Source: Opitutales bacterium (GTDB lineage Bacteria; Verrucomicrobiota; Verrucomicrobiia; Opitutales; CAXXNP01). From it: 64,000 nt of DNA. A model generated the notes under the pieces. It was given only the letters and a program-made list of their open reading frames with translations. It ran no database searches and was not told where the DNA came from. The translations under genes were made by a program, and so were the position numbers. The DNA lies in assembly GCA_963666595.2 (NCBI GenBank), contig CAXXSV010000001.1, positions 261,040-325,039 on the forward strand, in the 5' to 3' direction. Positions 1-9,351 of this stretch are shown one piece after another. Numbering within the stretch: position 1 is the first letter of the stretch; each line of letters begins with the position of its first letter.

Positions 1-588
1 AGATTCTATAGCGGCAAAGGCTGTATCGATATCGATCTCCATCCTGAGTGCGGATTCCATTTTTAGCATGCCGTATCGGTCCGAGCGGTTAATGGTTGCC
101 AGGATTTTCGAGTCGAGCAATTCAGAGATTTTTTTGGTATCTGTTCTGAAGGCTCGCAAACCTGCCAATTGCCTGTCGGCCAAGGCCATTATCTGATCAC
201 CCAAATCCTTGAATTCCAGGTATAGCGAAATTACCTGCCGGCCCAGTTGCCGCTCTTTAAAAGTTTCGGCGAGTCTAATGTATTCATCGGCATACTCTTC
301 AAAGTCGGACTCGGAATCATGGGCCTTGTTTCTATCGCGTGCCTCATGATCACGAATGTAATCGAGCACCGCCAGGGCCGTTTCACCGGCGTTAATTTCC
401 ATCTCCAGAATGGCCTCCTCGAGAGGCTCCTCCACCTCAGCCACCTGCCGGATATCGCTCGATATGCGTTCCAATAACAAATAGGTAGCCAAGGCGTTTA
501 TGCCCATGAAAAAGACCAGCATCCCAAAGCTCAGCCACAGCTTCCTCGTTATAGTCCAATCATGACCCCAAGGTATCAGCTTTTTCAT
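1..588 (-). CDS. Sensor protein, N-terminal part only (gene runs off the left edge): TM helix plus helical extracytoplasmic sensor domain
   Basis: Not in the ORF track because there is no stop inside the window. A minus-strand ATG at 586-588 opens a frame that stays open to base 1 (196 codons): MKKLIPWGHDWTITRKLWLSFGMLVFFMGINALATYLLLERISSDIRQVAEVEEPLEEAILEMEINAGETALAVLDYIRDHE... It aligns with the N-terminus of the histidine kinase at 38788 (ITEVEEPTSAAAFEMEINLIGTGFALVAYLHDHD). Confidence 0.6.
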   Translation of the reverse strand, partial: MKKLIPWGHDWTITRKLWLSFGMLVFFMGINALATYLLLERISSDIRQVAEVEEPLEEAILEMEINAGETALAVLDYIRDHEARDRNKAHDSESDFEEYADEYIRLAETFKERQLGRQVISLYLEFKDLGDQIMALADRQLAGLRAFRTDTKKISELLDSKILATINRSDRYGMLKMESALRMEIDIDTAFAAIES

Positions 589-848
589 AAGTATTTTGGA
601 CTACCGGCGGAAATCTGCATTTTAACCTGATTGTCTCCATATAGGCACTCACCCAATACCCACAAGATGGCTATCCCCACGTTAAAAACAATCCGCAGGC
701 CAATTAGCAGTTAACGTCATTTTCAATATAAAATTAAGCTCATACCTGCCGAAGAATGAAAACGTCGGGAAATTGACCCCTTTGCGAACTGTTTTCCAGT
801 TGCCAAGTAGAGCCAGTGGTTGGAAATATATATATCTGTTCTGCACAC

Positions 849-3407
849 ATGGCAAAAAGCTCCAAGAGTTCCCTGACACCGATGATGCGGCAATACCTGG
901 AGGTGCGCCGCGATTTGCCGGCTGATACCTTGTTGTTCTTTCGACTGGGCGATTTTTACGAGATGTTTGGTGAAGACGCCCGTGAGGGCGCACAATTGCT
1001 CGGCATCACACTCACACAGCGCAATGGAGAGCCCATGGCGGGTATTCCACATCACGCCGCCGATAACTACATCGGAAAGTTGCTCGCGCAGGGCAAAAAA
1101 GTGGCTGTCTGCGACCAGGTGGGACAACCACAGCCGGGCAAAATCGTCAAACGCGCCATCACCCGAATCTTCACCGCCGGCACAACCCTGGAGGATCACC
1201 AGATCGATTCGCACAGGAGTCACTACCTGTTAGCCCTCGATTTCCGCAACCACGACCTGCAAGCCGCATGGCTCGACCTCAGTACGGGAGATTTTCAAAT
1301 CGCTTCCGGGTCCAATCCGGAAGACCTCTTGTCTGTATTCACAGCCCTTGACCCCCGCGAGGTCCTTGTTCCGGAGCAAGCGCGAAGCAAGTGGAGTCAG
1401 GACGAGGTCTTGCGCTCCTGGCTGGAACAGTTCGAAGTTTTCTGTGCGGAACGACCTGTCAATGATTTACCTGATTACCACTTTGATACCCTCGATGGCG
1501 CGCGCACCGTTATGGATGCCCTCGGGGTGCTCAACCTCGATGGATTTGGTATCGACAAGAAACATCCCGCTCTTGGCCCTGCCGGGGCTCTCGTCTATTA
1601 CGCCACCGAGAGTCTGAGGAACAAACCCGAAAACCTCAGCAAGATCCAGGAATACCGCAGCGCAAGCTCCCTACTGCTCGATCCCTGCACCTTGCGTAAT
1701 CTCGAAGTTTTCCGCTCTGCCGCCCATACCAGGGAAGGCTCTCTGCTCGCTGCTATGGACGGGACTGTTACTGCCGCCGGAGCCCGCTTGCTCGAGCGAT
1801 TTCTGGCCGCGCCTGCGCTTGATATTGATGAATTGAAACGGCGCCAGTGCTGTGTGGGAGAGTTCCTCGAAGCACCGGCATTTGCTTCGGAATTGCACGA
1901 ATACCTAAAGTGCATACGCGATATCCCACGCATTCTCGGCCGCCTGCAAAACCGCATCCGCAACCCCCGGGAACTCGGCGGGATATGCGATACCCTGAAG
2001 CAGCTTCCGGGTATTTTTCAAGTGTTGCGGCAGTTTGACGGTCCAGCGATAATCAAGTTGTCGGGTAGCCTGGAGGATTTCCCCGAACTGCGCGCGCTTC
2101 TGGAAAAAGCCCTCGATGACGAGTTGCCCGCTCAACTCTCCGACGGCGGATACATCCGGGCCGGTTACGACGCCGAACTCGACCGCATACAGGGACTTGC
2201 CCGTAACCACAAGACTTGGGTTTCCGATCTCGAAAGGACGGAAAAGAAACGCACTGGAATTAAGAACCTCCGCATAAAATACAACAACGCTTTCGGCTAC
2301 TTCATCGAGGTCACCAAGTCCAATATTCGTCTCGTGCCGGAAAATTACCTGCGCAAGCAAACCATGACCAATGCCGAGCGATACTACACGCACGAACTCA
2401 AGGACAAGGAAAGAGAAATTCGGCACAGCGACGAACAGGCACTCGATCGCGAGGAGAAATTACTCAACGTCCTGGTTGAAAAAATCCTGAACTTAAATAA
2501 AGGGCTCCTGGGAACCGCGCGCGCCCTGGCTGAAATCGACGTCTTTCTAGGCTGGGCCAAACTAGCCCGCGAGTGGGACTATTGCCGCCCCGTCCTCGAC
2601 GACAGTGACATCATCGACATCGACCAGGGGCGGCATCCCATTGTGGAACAATCAATGCGTCGTGAGCGCCTCGGGTTGGCTGGCGCCCGCACCTTTGTCC
2701 CCAACGACGCGATGCTCAGTTCGGACACCGAGCAAATCCTCATCATAACCGGGCCCAACATGGCGGGCAAGAGCACCTATATTCGGCAAGTCGCCCTCCT
2801 CGTTCTCATGGCCCAGGTGGGCTCATGGGTCCCGGCGAAAAGCTGCCGTCTCGGCCTTGTTGATCGCATTTTTTCTCGCGTCGGAGCCACTGACGAGCTG
2901 GCTCGCGGTAACTCCACATTCATGACGGAAATGAACGAGACCGCCAATATTATAAACAACACCACGGAAAAAAGCCTCATCATTCTCGACGAAATCGGGC
3001 GTGGCACCAGCACCTACGACGGGATCAGTATTGCATGGGCCGTGGTCGAGCACTTGCATGGTGAATACGATCGGGGGCCGCGTACGCTCTTCGCCACCCA
3101 TTACCACGAGCTGACCCAGATAGCCAGGCAGTTGAAACGGGTGCGCAATTATTGCGTGGCGGTCAAGGAATGGAACGAGGAGATTATTTTCGTGCGTCAG
3201 GTGGTAAAAGGCACTTCCGACCGCAGCCACGGCATCCAGGTGGCACGGCTCGCCGGCCTACCCGACTCCATTATCCAGCGAGCCAAATCGATCCTGGAAA
3301 AACTCGAATCGGATGATTCCTCGCACAACCTCCTTCGTAAGCGTCTGCACAAAATCAAAAAAGCCGAGGAAAAAGGCGAAGAGTTAGACCAAATGGAAAT
3401 GTTTTAA
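849..3407 (+). CDS. mutS: DNA mismatch repair protein MutS
   Basis: Track ORF 816..3407. I prefer the ATG at 849 (MAKSSKSSLTPMMRQYLEVRRDL, the canonical MutS N-terminus). Walker A GPNMAGKST and DEIGRGTSTYDG are present, and the length is about 850 aa. Confidence 0.95.
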   Translation: MAKSSKSSLTPMMRQYLEVRRDLPADTLLFFRLGDFYEMFGEDAREGAQLLGITLTQRNGEPMAGIPHHAADNYIGKLLAQGKKVAVCDQVGQPQPGKIVKRAITRIFTAGTTLEDHQIDSHRSHYLLALDFRNHDLQAAWLDLSTGDFQIASGSNPEDLLSVFTALDPREVLVPEQARSKWSQDEVLRSWLEQFEVFCAERPVNDLPDYHFDTLDGARTVMDALGVLNLDGFGIDKKHPALGPAGALVYYATESLRNKPENLSKIQEYRSASSLLLDPCTLRNLEVFRSAAHTREGSLLAAMDGTVTAAGARLLERFLAAPALDIDELKRRQCCVGEFLEAPAFASELHEYLKCIRDIPRILGRLQNRIRNPRELGGICDTLKQLPGIFQVLRQFDGPAIIKLSGSLEDFPELRALLEKALDDELPAQLSDGGYIRAGYDAELDRIQGLARNHKTWVSDLERTEKKRTGIKNLRIKYNNAFGYFIEVTKSNIRLVPENYLRKQTMTNAERYYTHELKDKEREIRHSDEQALDREEKLLNVLVEKILNLNKGLLGTARALAEIDVFLGWAKLAREWDYCRPVLDDSDIIDIDQGRHPIVEQSMRRERLGLAGARTFVPNDAMLSSDTEQILIITGPNMAGKSTYIRQVALLVLMAQVGSWVPAKSCRLGLVDRIFSRVGATDELARGNSTFMTEMNETANIINNTTEKSLIILDEIGRGTSTYDGISIAWAVVEHLHGEYDRGPRTLFATHYHELTQIARQLKRVRNYCVAVKEWNEEIIFVRQVVKGTSDRSHGIQVARLAGLPDSIIQRAKSILEKLESDDSSHNLLRKRLHKIKKAEEKGEELDQMEMF

Positions 3408-3425
3408 AATTTGAAGAATTCAATT

Positions 3426-4220
3426 ATGAACCCGGACAATTCGGGCGAACAGCCTATCCTGATATTTCTGCATATCCCCAAAACGGGCGGTCAAACTCTA
3501 ACCGGGATTCTCGATCAAGTTTACCGGCCCGAGAAAATCTACACTATCGACTATGCCGACCCCGGCCGCGCTTTGGACGGTTTCCGCAACTTGTCACCAG
3601 AGAAACGGGCCGGCTACAGCCTTATTCGCGGACATGCGGCATTCGGTTTGCACAAAATCCTCACCCGGCCTGCCCGGTACATTACCTTCCTGCGCAAACC
3701 CGTTGAGCGAGCGGCATCGCTCTATGCTCACATTCAGCGCGACCCCGGCCACTACTTATATGAACAGGTGCGGAGCATGAGTTTATTCGAGTTCGCCACC
3801 AGCAGTCTTACGGCGGAGATGGACAACGGGCAGGCCCGGCTCCTAGCCGGGTTTAACGCCTCACCAAGCGGCCAACGGCCACCAGATCTAGAAGAGCGAG
3901 CCATCGCTGCCATGCGTGAACATTTTCTCTTCGTGGGGCTAACCGAGAGGTATGACGAATCCCTCCTGCTCCTCGCAAATCGGTTGGGCTGGCCGCGCCT
4001 ACCCGGCTACAGAGCGCTCAATGTAAACCCGAAGCCTGTTACTGTCACAAGCCTGACCTCCGAAGAAATGGCGAAAATCGATGAATGCAACTCGATTGAC
4101 CGGCAGGTTTACCGTTACGCCCGCGACAGCTTTGAAAAAGCCATCCGCCAGGCGGGGTTGCTGCATAACATGCGCCTGCGCTTTTACCGCATGCGCAACC
4201 GACGCTTGGCTAAGGCATAA
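3426..4220 (+). CDS. Sulfotransferase-family protein
   Basis: Track ORF 3411..4220 (TTG); the first ATG is at 3426. An N-terminal PAPS-binding-type motif FLHIPKTGGQTL and a later TFLRKPVERAASLY are typical of the sulfotransferase fold. It starts within 20 nt of the mutS stop. Confidence 0.7.
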   Translation: MNPDNSGEQPILIFLHIPKTGGQTLTGILDQVYRPEKIYTIDYADPGRALDGFRNLSPEKRAGYSLIRGHAAFGLHKILTRPARYITFLRKPVERAASLYAHIQRDPGHYLYEQVRSMSLFEFATSSLTAEMDNGQARLLAGFNASPSGQRPPDLEERAIAAMREHFLFVGLTERYDESLLLLANRLGWPRLPGYRALNVNPKPVTVTSLTSEEMAKIDECNSIDRQVYRYARDSFEKAIRQAGLLHNMRLRFYRMRNRRLAKA

Positions 4221-4245
4221 CGCTTGCATTAGGCAACGCCACCCT

Positions 4246-4264
4246 GGTTTGGGCAACAGGCCCA
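4246..4264 (-). repeat. Copy A of a short post-stop-codon hairpin motif (GGGCCTGTTGCCCAAACC core)
   Basis: The plus strand reads GGTTTGGGCAACAGGCCCA, which is identical over 19 nt to the reverse complement of 33868-33886. TTGGGC/GCCCAA forms a 6-bp stem with a 5-nt loop. It lies 20 nt downstream of the stop of the minus-strand DAHP synthase gene. Confidence 0.6.
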
Positions 4265-4283
4265 AGGGGTCTCCTGTCCGAAT

Positions 4284-5321
4284 TTACAGGAAGCGCGAGC
4301 GGAGTTTCCAGATGCCACCGATGTCCTCGATTAGCCTAGCCAGCTTGTCGGGAGTCAGGCTCTGCACGGGATCGTCACCGATACCCTTGAAGGGATTTAC
4401 ATGAGTTTCCACGATTATGCCGTCGGCCCCGTAGGCAAAGGCGGCGAGCGAACAAGCGGGAACATAGGCCGCCTTGCCAACGGCGTGAGAGGGGTCCGCT
4501 ACCACCGGAGCCCATGTCCTTTCCTTGAGCAAAGGGGTAATGGATTCGTCGGGATGGTTGCGATAACCATCCATATTGGGCATAGTGCCTCTCGGACAGA
4601 AGATTAGATTTGGATTGCCGCCTGACACAATGTATTCCCCGGCCGCGATGAATTCGTCTATGGGCCCCATATGCCTGCTTCGCTTGAGTAAAACCGGGGT
4701 TTTCGAATCGGCTGTGATCAATCCAATTTGCCTGAGGAGTTGATAATTGAGTGCGTTGCGGGTGCCAACCTGCAACATATCCACGCCTGCTTCCACAAGA
4801 ACCTGGAGCTGTGTTTCGTCCATCACTTCGGTAACCACCGGCAGGCCGGTTAGCCTGCGGGCTTCGAGCAGGATTTCGAGCGATTTGTTGTCACCCTGGA
4901 AGGAATACGGCGTAGTGCGCGGTTTCCAAACGCCCCCGCGCAGCATATGTGCTCCGGCTTCCTTTACGGCGGCCGCGGTTTCCAGGAATAAATTGGAGTT
5001 TTTGGGGTCGATGGTGCAAGGACCGGCAATTATGAACGGCTCTTTGCCCAAAGTGACCTGGGCTATGGAAATCTTGTGTGCTGCCAGCTCGGAGCGGATA
5101 TCCATCAGCTTGTAGATGGATTCCATCCGGTCGACTCTTGCTATATAATTGAGGCCCTCGAGACGGTTGACCATGGTTTCACTGCGCTCGTCGCCGATAA
5201 TAGCGTAAACATTGCGAAGAGCCCCGGTAATGACCTGGATTTTACAGTCGAATTCGCCGACTATACCTTCGACCTCTTTGAGCTGAGCCTCCGTCAATCT
5301 ACTTTCTCTGGAAATAATCAT
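4284..5321 (-). CDS. 3-deoxy-7-phosphoheptulonate (DAHP) synthase, class I-beta with N-terminal regulatory extension
   Basis: 345 aa. The C-terminal ~260 aa look like the DAHPS/KDO8PS TIM barrel (IIAGPCTID, KPRTTPYSFQG, GADGIIVETH). The ~80-aa N-terminal extension, as in Thermotoga-type enzymes, favours DAHPS over KdsA. Confidence 0.8.
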   Translation of the reverse strand: MIISRESRLTEAQLKEVEGIVGEFDCKIQVITGALRNVYAIIGDERSETMVNRLEGLNYIARVDRMESIYKLMDIRSELAAHKISIAQVTLGKEPFIIAGPCTIDPKNSNLFLETAAAVKEAGAHMLRGGVWKPRTTPYSFQGDNKSLEILLEARRLTGLPVVTEVMDETQLQVLVEAGVDMLQVGTRNALNYQLLRQIGLITADSKTPVLLKRSRHMGPIDEFIAAGEYIVSGGNPNLIFCPRGTMPNMDGYRNHPDESITPLLKERTWAPVVADPSHAVGKAAYVPACSLAAFAYGADGIIVETHVNPFKGIGDDPVQSLTPDKLARLIEDIGGIWKLRSRFL

Positions 5322-5360
5322 GGTTCAGGTGTTTTATCTGTTTTTATTAATGGCAGGAAA

Positions 5361-5891
5361 CTACCGGTAAATAAATGTGACCCGCACTGTTTGTACATTT
5401 CCCAAGTCTTTAAGCATTTCAGGATTCCAATCATCGAAGGGCGCACGGTTGCGGATTGCATCTTCGCAAATAAGCGTGGCGGCGTGACTTGCTGAGGTAA
5501 AATCAACCATGATCATATTGACTTCACCTTTGTCGGTGAGGACGAATTTAACCATTACGCGGGTTCCGCTGTCCTGTTGTTCTCGCTCGACATGCTCTGC
5601 CAGCATTGTCCACTGGTCGGCAATGCTCTCGTATACCTTTTGGAAATAAGACTGGTACTGGCTGAAGTTGGAATCCCCGGTCACATAACCCACTTGCGGG
5701 AGAGACGTTTCCTGCGTGTTGGACACTGTATTGATGTTGCCGTTGGGTTTGGAAGCGATGGTTACGCACCCGGCCATCACAATGGCCAGGCTTAGGACGA
5801 GTCCACCGAGAAGAGGTCGCAGAGTTTTGGCTGGAAAGTTACAATTCATAGTGGCGAAGTCTTTTCTGGTGCGTGCATTCAGGACTTTCAT
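5361..5891 (-). CDS. Putative lipoprotein with TonB-C-like C-terminal domain (short paralog)
   Basis: 176 aa with a lipobox-like LAIVMAGC. The C-terminal ~95 aa align with the C-terminus of the upstream ORF and end ...VRVTFIYR. Its ATG overlaps the upstream stop (ATGA at 5888-5891). Confidence 0.55.
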   Translation of the reverse strand: MKVLNARTRKDFATMNCNFPAKTLRPLLGGLVLSLAIVMAGCVTIASKPNGNINTVSNTQETSLPQVGYVTGDSNFSQYQSYFQKVYESIADQWTMLAEHVEREQQDSGTRVMVKFVLTDKGEVNMIMVDFTSASHAATLICEDAIRNRAPFDDWNPEMLKDLGNVQTVRVTFIYR

Positions 5892-7030
5892 CGGTATATG
5901 AAAGTGACCCTGATCGGTTGCTCTTCGCCGAGGCTGTCAATCATTTCTTCGGTCCAGTCATTGAAAGGTGCGCGCGATTGGACGGCATCTTTGCAAATCA
6001 GGGTACTGGCTTGCCCCGCCGAGCTGTAAGCTATCTCGATGGTCCTCAAGGTCCCATCGCTGGTTAAAACGAAGTCGACGATTACCCGCGAAGACGTCCG
6101 CACTGAACCTCGGCGGACCTGGCTGGCCAAAAGCAGCCACTGTGTGCCGATAATTTCATATATCCGGTCGAGGTATTCACCGAATTCACTGAACTTGGCA
6201 TCAATGGCTATACTGCCCAATCCCGGCACGGCACCCAGGGACCTCATCACTGGTCCCGGCAAAACGTCCATTTTAACTTGTGGCCGCGGCAGCGGAACTT
6301 GCGGGCCGCTATCGGGCAGCGGCTGGGAAGTCGTATCGTCGCGGGCCTGACGCTCCGTGTCCTCCCCTGTCACAATCGGATTGAGAGTAACTTCAATAAC
6401 ACGGTTATCAGAAGATTCATCGACCGGTTCCACATTCAGTCCAGGATTTAAATAGCTTCCAATGCCCTCATCGGACACAGGTGTTTGATCGATGAAATCC
6501 GGTGCGGAAGGAGGAGGAGTTGGCAACGGCATAGCCGCCATTAAATCAGACTGGGCTGGAGTATCCATCCCCGTGACAACGGAAAACGGGATGGGTTCGG
6601 ATGGCATATCACCATCCACGATTTTGGGCGAGTCATCCTCCTCGCCGTCCAGGAAAGGTGTCATATCCGGACCCAAGGTAGAGGGCTCCTCCTGAGCGGC
6701 CTGTTGGTCACGCGAGGCAAAATTTTCCGTTTCATCGGGTATATTGGTAGGGACATTGGGATTGGTCTCAACATAACGGCTTTCTTCGGGCACCGGAGGC
6801 TCCTCAACGGCATACTCGACTTCTCGTTCCCAATTCCCGCTGCTTGCCTCGGCATAGGAAATGTCCACGTGCTGCAGTTGTTGGTAAGCCAAAAAATTCA
6901 CCAACAGCGAAATTCCCAAGGCAACAGCCCTAGGCCCGCTGTCCCTCCACCAGTTATCATTTTCCAGCATCGGATCATAAATCGGCAACTGCGCTTGGCG
7001 CCGGGATTTCTGTGGTTGGTCCGATAACAT
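5888..7030 (-). CDS. TonB-like protein: N-terminal TM anchor, Pro/Glu/Asp-rich spacer, TonB-C-like domain
   Basis: 380 aa. It has one TM helix (AVALGISLLVNFLAY), a long acidic and proline-rich middle (EEPPVPEE..., PLPTPPPSAPD), and a C-terminus ...VIVDFVLTSDGTLRTIEIAYSSAGQASTLICKDAVQSRAPFNDW...IRVTFIYR. The architecture resembles TonB; the family assignment is by eye only. Confidence 0.5.
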   Translation of the reverse strand: MLSDQPQKSRRQAQLPIYDPMLENDNWWRDSGPRAVALGISLLVNFLAYQQLQHVDISYAEASSGNWEREVEYAVEEPPVPEESRYVETNPNVPTNIPDETENFASRDQQAAQEEPSTLGPDMTPFLDGEEDDSPKIVDGDMPSEPIPFSVVTGMDTPAQSDLMAAMPLPTPPPSAPDFIDQTPVSDEGIGSYLNPGLNVEPVDESSDNRVIEVTLNPIVTGEDTERQARDDTTSQPLPDSGPQVPLPRPQVKMDVLPGPVMRSLGAVPGLGSIAIDAKFSEFGEYLDRIYEIIGTQWLLLASQVRRGSVRTSSRVIVDFVLTSDGTLRTIEIAYSSAGQASTLICKDAVQSRAPFNDWTEEMIDSLGEEQPIRVTFIYR

Positions 7031-7088
7031 GAGTAATTTAACGTCGATGCAAGATATGACGAATTACGCCGGTATCTTGTTTGGATTT

Positions 7089-7664
7089 TTATTTAAGTAA
7101 CTCGATCAAGTCGAATTCTTTCAACAAGCCGATTGTCTCCTCGACGGGCAAGCCCATGATGTTGCTCAACGATCCGCGGTAGCTCTCGATAATGAGCTCG
7201 CGCCCTTCCTGTATGCCATATGCGCCCGCCTTGTCCAGGGGATCGACTATTTTAAAATAACGCTCGATACGCCCCTCGTCAAGCTCGTGGAAGGTCACCT
7301 CGCTGCTCACACATCGAGATTCCCTGATACCTCGGGCCCGGAAAATCAGGCAAATTCCGGTATGTACAACATGCGTTCGATCGGACAGGCGGTTAAGCAT
7401 GATACGAGCTTGCGCCAAGTCCGCCGGTTTATTGAGTACGCACCCGTCAATAGCAACAGTGGTATCGGCCCCGAGCACGGGTGAATCGGGATGGCGCGCG
7501 GCCACCGCGTCTGCTTTCAGTTCGCAGTTATGGAGCACTAATTGACGCGGGTCAGCATCCTCCGCCAATTCATCGACCTCAGCAGGCTCGATTGTGAAAC
7601 GCACTCCCAATTCGTCCAATAACTGCCGGCGTCGCGGTGATGCAGAAGCCAGGAAGAGATTCAT
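7089..7664 (-). CDS. maf: Maf-like nucleoside triphosphate pyrophosphatase
   Basis: 191 aa. It has the MNLFLASASPRRRQLLDELG N-terminus, GADTTV, and KAGAYGIQ near the C-terminus. Confidence 0.9.
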   Translation of the reverse strand: MNLFLASASPRRRQLLDELGVRFTIEPAEVDELAEDADPRQLVLHNCELKADAVAARHPDSPVLGADTTVAIDGCVLNKPADLAQARIMLNRLSDRTHVVHTGICLIFRARGIRESRCVSSEVTFHELDEGRIERYFKIVDPLDKAGAYGIQEGRELIIESYRGSLSNIMGLPVEETIGLLKEFDLIELLK

Positions 7665-7898
7665 GGGGAGGAAATCAGGAAAAGATGTTGAAGATATTGT
7701 CTCACGCTAATACGCAAAGGTTCAAAGATATTTTAGCTACTAATCTTCACTAATTAGCACTAATTTCTTTTTAGACTAGCGATTAATAGTCCCGCAGTCG
7801 CGGGATGATTCCCTTCTTTTCCTGCTTTCCTTATTTCCTGCGTTCCCGCGTTAAATTTCTCCTCTATAGTATAATCTGTGGCTGGTTTTTTCGATAAT

Positions 7899-9275
7899 TC
7901 AATAGTTCAGGAGCAGCCGCGCGTCGCCTCGGATGCTGGCCAGAAAAAGGCGGCTGAGGTTATACCGGTAGATGGATTCGACCAGTTCGTCCCCGGAACC
8001 TGCCAAGTTTGCCTGTGCGTCCACGACGTCTCGGTTGTCGGCCACTCCCTGAGTAAAACGCGTGCGCGCCAAGTCTAGTTCTTCCTCGCTGAGTGCGAGT
8101 TTCCGGCGAGCGATATCGATCTGGGCAAAGCGCGATTGAACGTCCTGACGGGCAAGCAGGTGTTCGGATTTTACACGCAGTTCTATATCGCGCAAAGCGT
8201 ATTCCTGCAGGCGGATCAAGGCGCCAGCCCGCCGCTTGTTGGATTGGATGCGGAAGCCATCGAAAATAGGCACGGTGAAGGAGACGCCTCCCAGCCAAGC
8301 TTCCTCCTCACGCCCGTCAAAGGCTTCCGCTGAAGCGTATCCCCACTCGCCAAAGAGCTGGATGGTGGGTAATATCTCCCACCCGGCGGCTTTGCGGGCA
8401 AAGCGGTTGCGTTTGAGTTCGTATGAGGCTTTGAGGTAATCGGGCCGCGCATCAAGGATATCCTGCAGAGTGTCGTCACCAGCTAGCGCGGCGATTGTCT
8501 CGGCCGGCTCGCGATCATCGAGCTGGAGTGTTATGCCGAGGTCGAAATTGAGGATTTTTTTCAATTCCAGGTCGCTTTGCATAACGATTATTTCCTGCTG
8601 CAAGCGTTCTTTATGGTCGGCGGCCAACTGCACTTTGGCGCGGGTAACATCGATGGGTGAAGTAACACCTGCCTGAAACTGAGTTTGAGCCAGGTCGAGG
8701 AGAACCCGGTCGCGCTCAATATTGGCGTCAAAAACCTCCATGCGCCTGAGGTTGCGTAAATGGGTAAAGTAAGCACGGGCCGTCTGGTCGAGGATATCTT
8801 GCAACCGTTCCAGGTAGGATAGCTCGGAAATCTCGTATTGATACTTGGAAAGACGCCATGTGGCCAGATCGTTGGGATTCAGGAGGGAGAGCGCGCCGGT
8901 TATCTTGGCATCGAAACGGCTTAGTGGGGGAAATCGGGGCGCAAAATCCGCGAATCCGGAACCCGCATTTGAGAACTGAGTACGCCCCTGGAAGGCTTCC
9001 AAACTGATTTTTGGCAACAGGGCCGCACGATCGTGCAGCGCGGCCTGCCTGGCATCCTCGATGCTCTCGCGGTTGACCAACACCTGAAAGTTCTCCACTT
9101 CGACCCGCTCGAAAACATTGCGCAAGGTCAGGTACACTTCCGGCCCGGCGCCGCTGGAATATCCCGAGGCGCCTATCAGCAAGACGGCCAACAGCAGGCT
9201 ACCGGGAAGCTTTGCCTTGCCAGAGCCCGGATATTTATGACTATGGCGGTTATAAGAATGGATAACAGTTTTCAT
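7899..9275 (-). CDS. TolC-family outer membrane efflux protein
   Basis: Track ORF 7899..9413. I prefer the ATG at 9275 (MKTVIHS... followed by a signal-like LLLAVLLIGASG). The two-repeat coiled-coil/beta-barrel pattern is typical of the OEP family. No cognate pump is adjacent. Confidence 0.75.
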   Translation of the reverse strand: MKTVIHSYNRHSHKYPGSGKAKLPGSLLLAVLLIGASGYSSGAGPEVYLTLRNVFERVEVENFQVLVNRESIEDARQAALHDRAALLPKISLEAFQGRTQFSNAGSGFADFAPRFPPLSRFDAKITGALSLLNPNDLATWRLSKYQYEISELSYLERLQDILDQTARAYFTHLRNLRRMEVFDANIERDRVLLDLAQTQFQAGVTSPIDVTRAKVQLAADHKERLQQEIIVMQSDLELKKILNFDLGITLQLDDREPAETIAALAGDDTLQDILDARPDYLKASYELKRNRFARKAAGWEILPTIQLFGEWGYASAEAFDGREEEAWLGGVSFTVPIFDGFRIQSNKRRAGALIRLQEYALRDIELRVKSEHLLARQDVQSRFAQIDIARRKLALSEEELDLARTRFTQGVADNRDVVDAQANLAGSGDELVESIYRYNLSRLFLASIRGDARLLLNY

Positions 9276-9351
9276 ATACTTTGTACTCCTGTTAATTAAG
9301 CACCCCTTACCGGGCCTCATGGGATAAAAATTCAAGCCCGCATATGGAGCA

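Noticed and set aside
723-1223. 166-aa and 103-aa minus-strand ORFs (682-1223) overlapping the mutS 5-prime region
   Set aside because: They lie antisense to a strongly conserved CDS and have low-complexity Arg/Gly/Ser-rich translations with no recognisable motifs. They are typical shadow ORFs in GC-rich coding DNA.
3999-4265. The ORFs at 3999-4265 (minus) and 33867-34232 (plus) both begin MGLLPKPG, suggesting a small protein family
   Set aside because: The shared peptide is simply the translation of the repeated 19-nt intergenic hairpin motif. Both ORFs otherwise run antisense through real genes (the sulfotransferase and ptsI).
7785-7810. A small hairpin TCCCGC-AGTC-GCGGGA between the TolC-like gene and maf, considered as a terminator
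   Set aside because: It has only a 6-bp stem and no adjacent U-tract on the relevant (minus) strand, so support is too weak.
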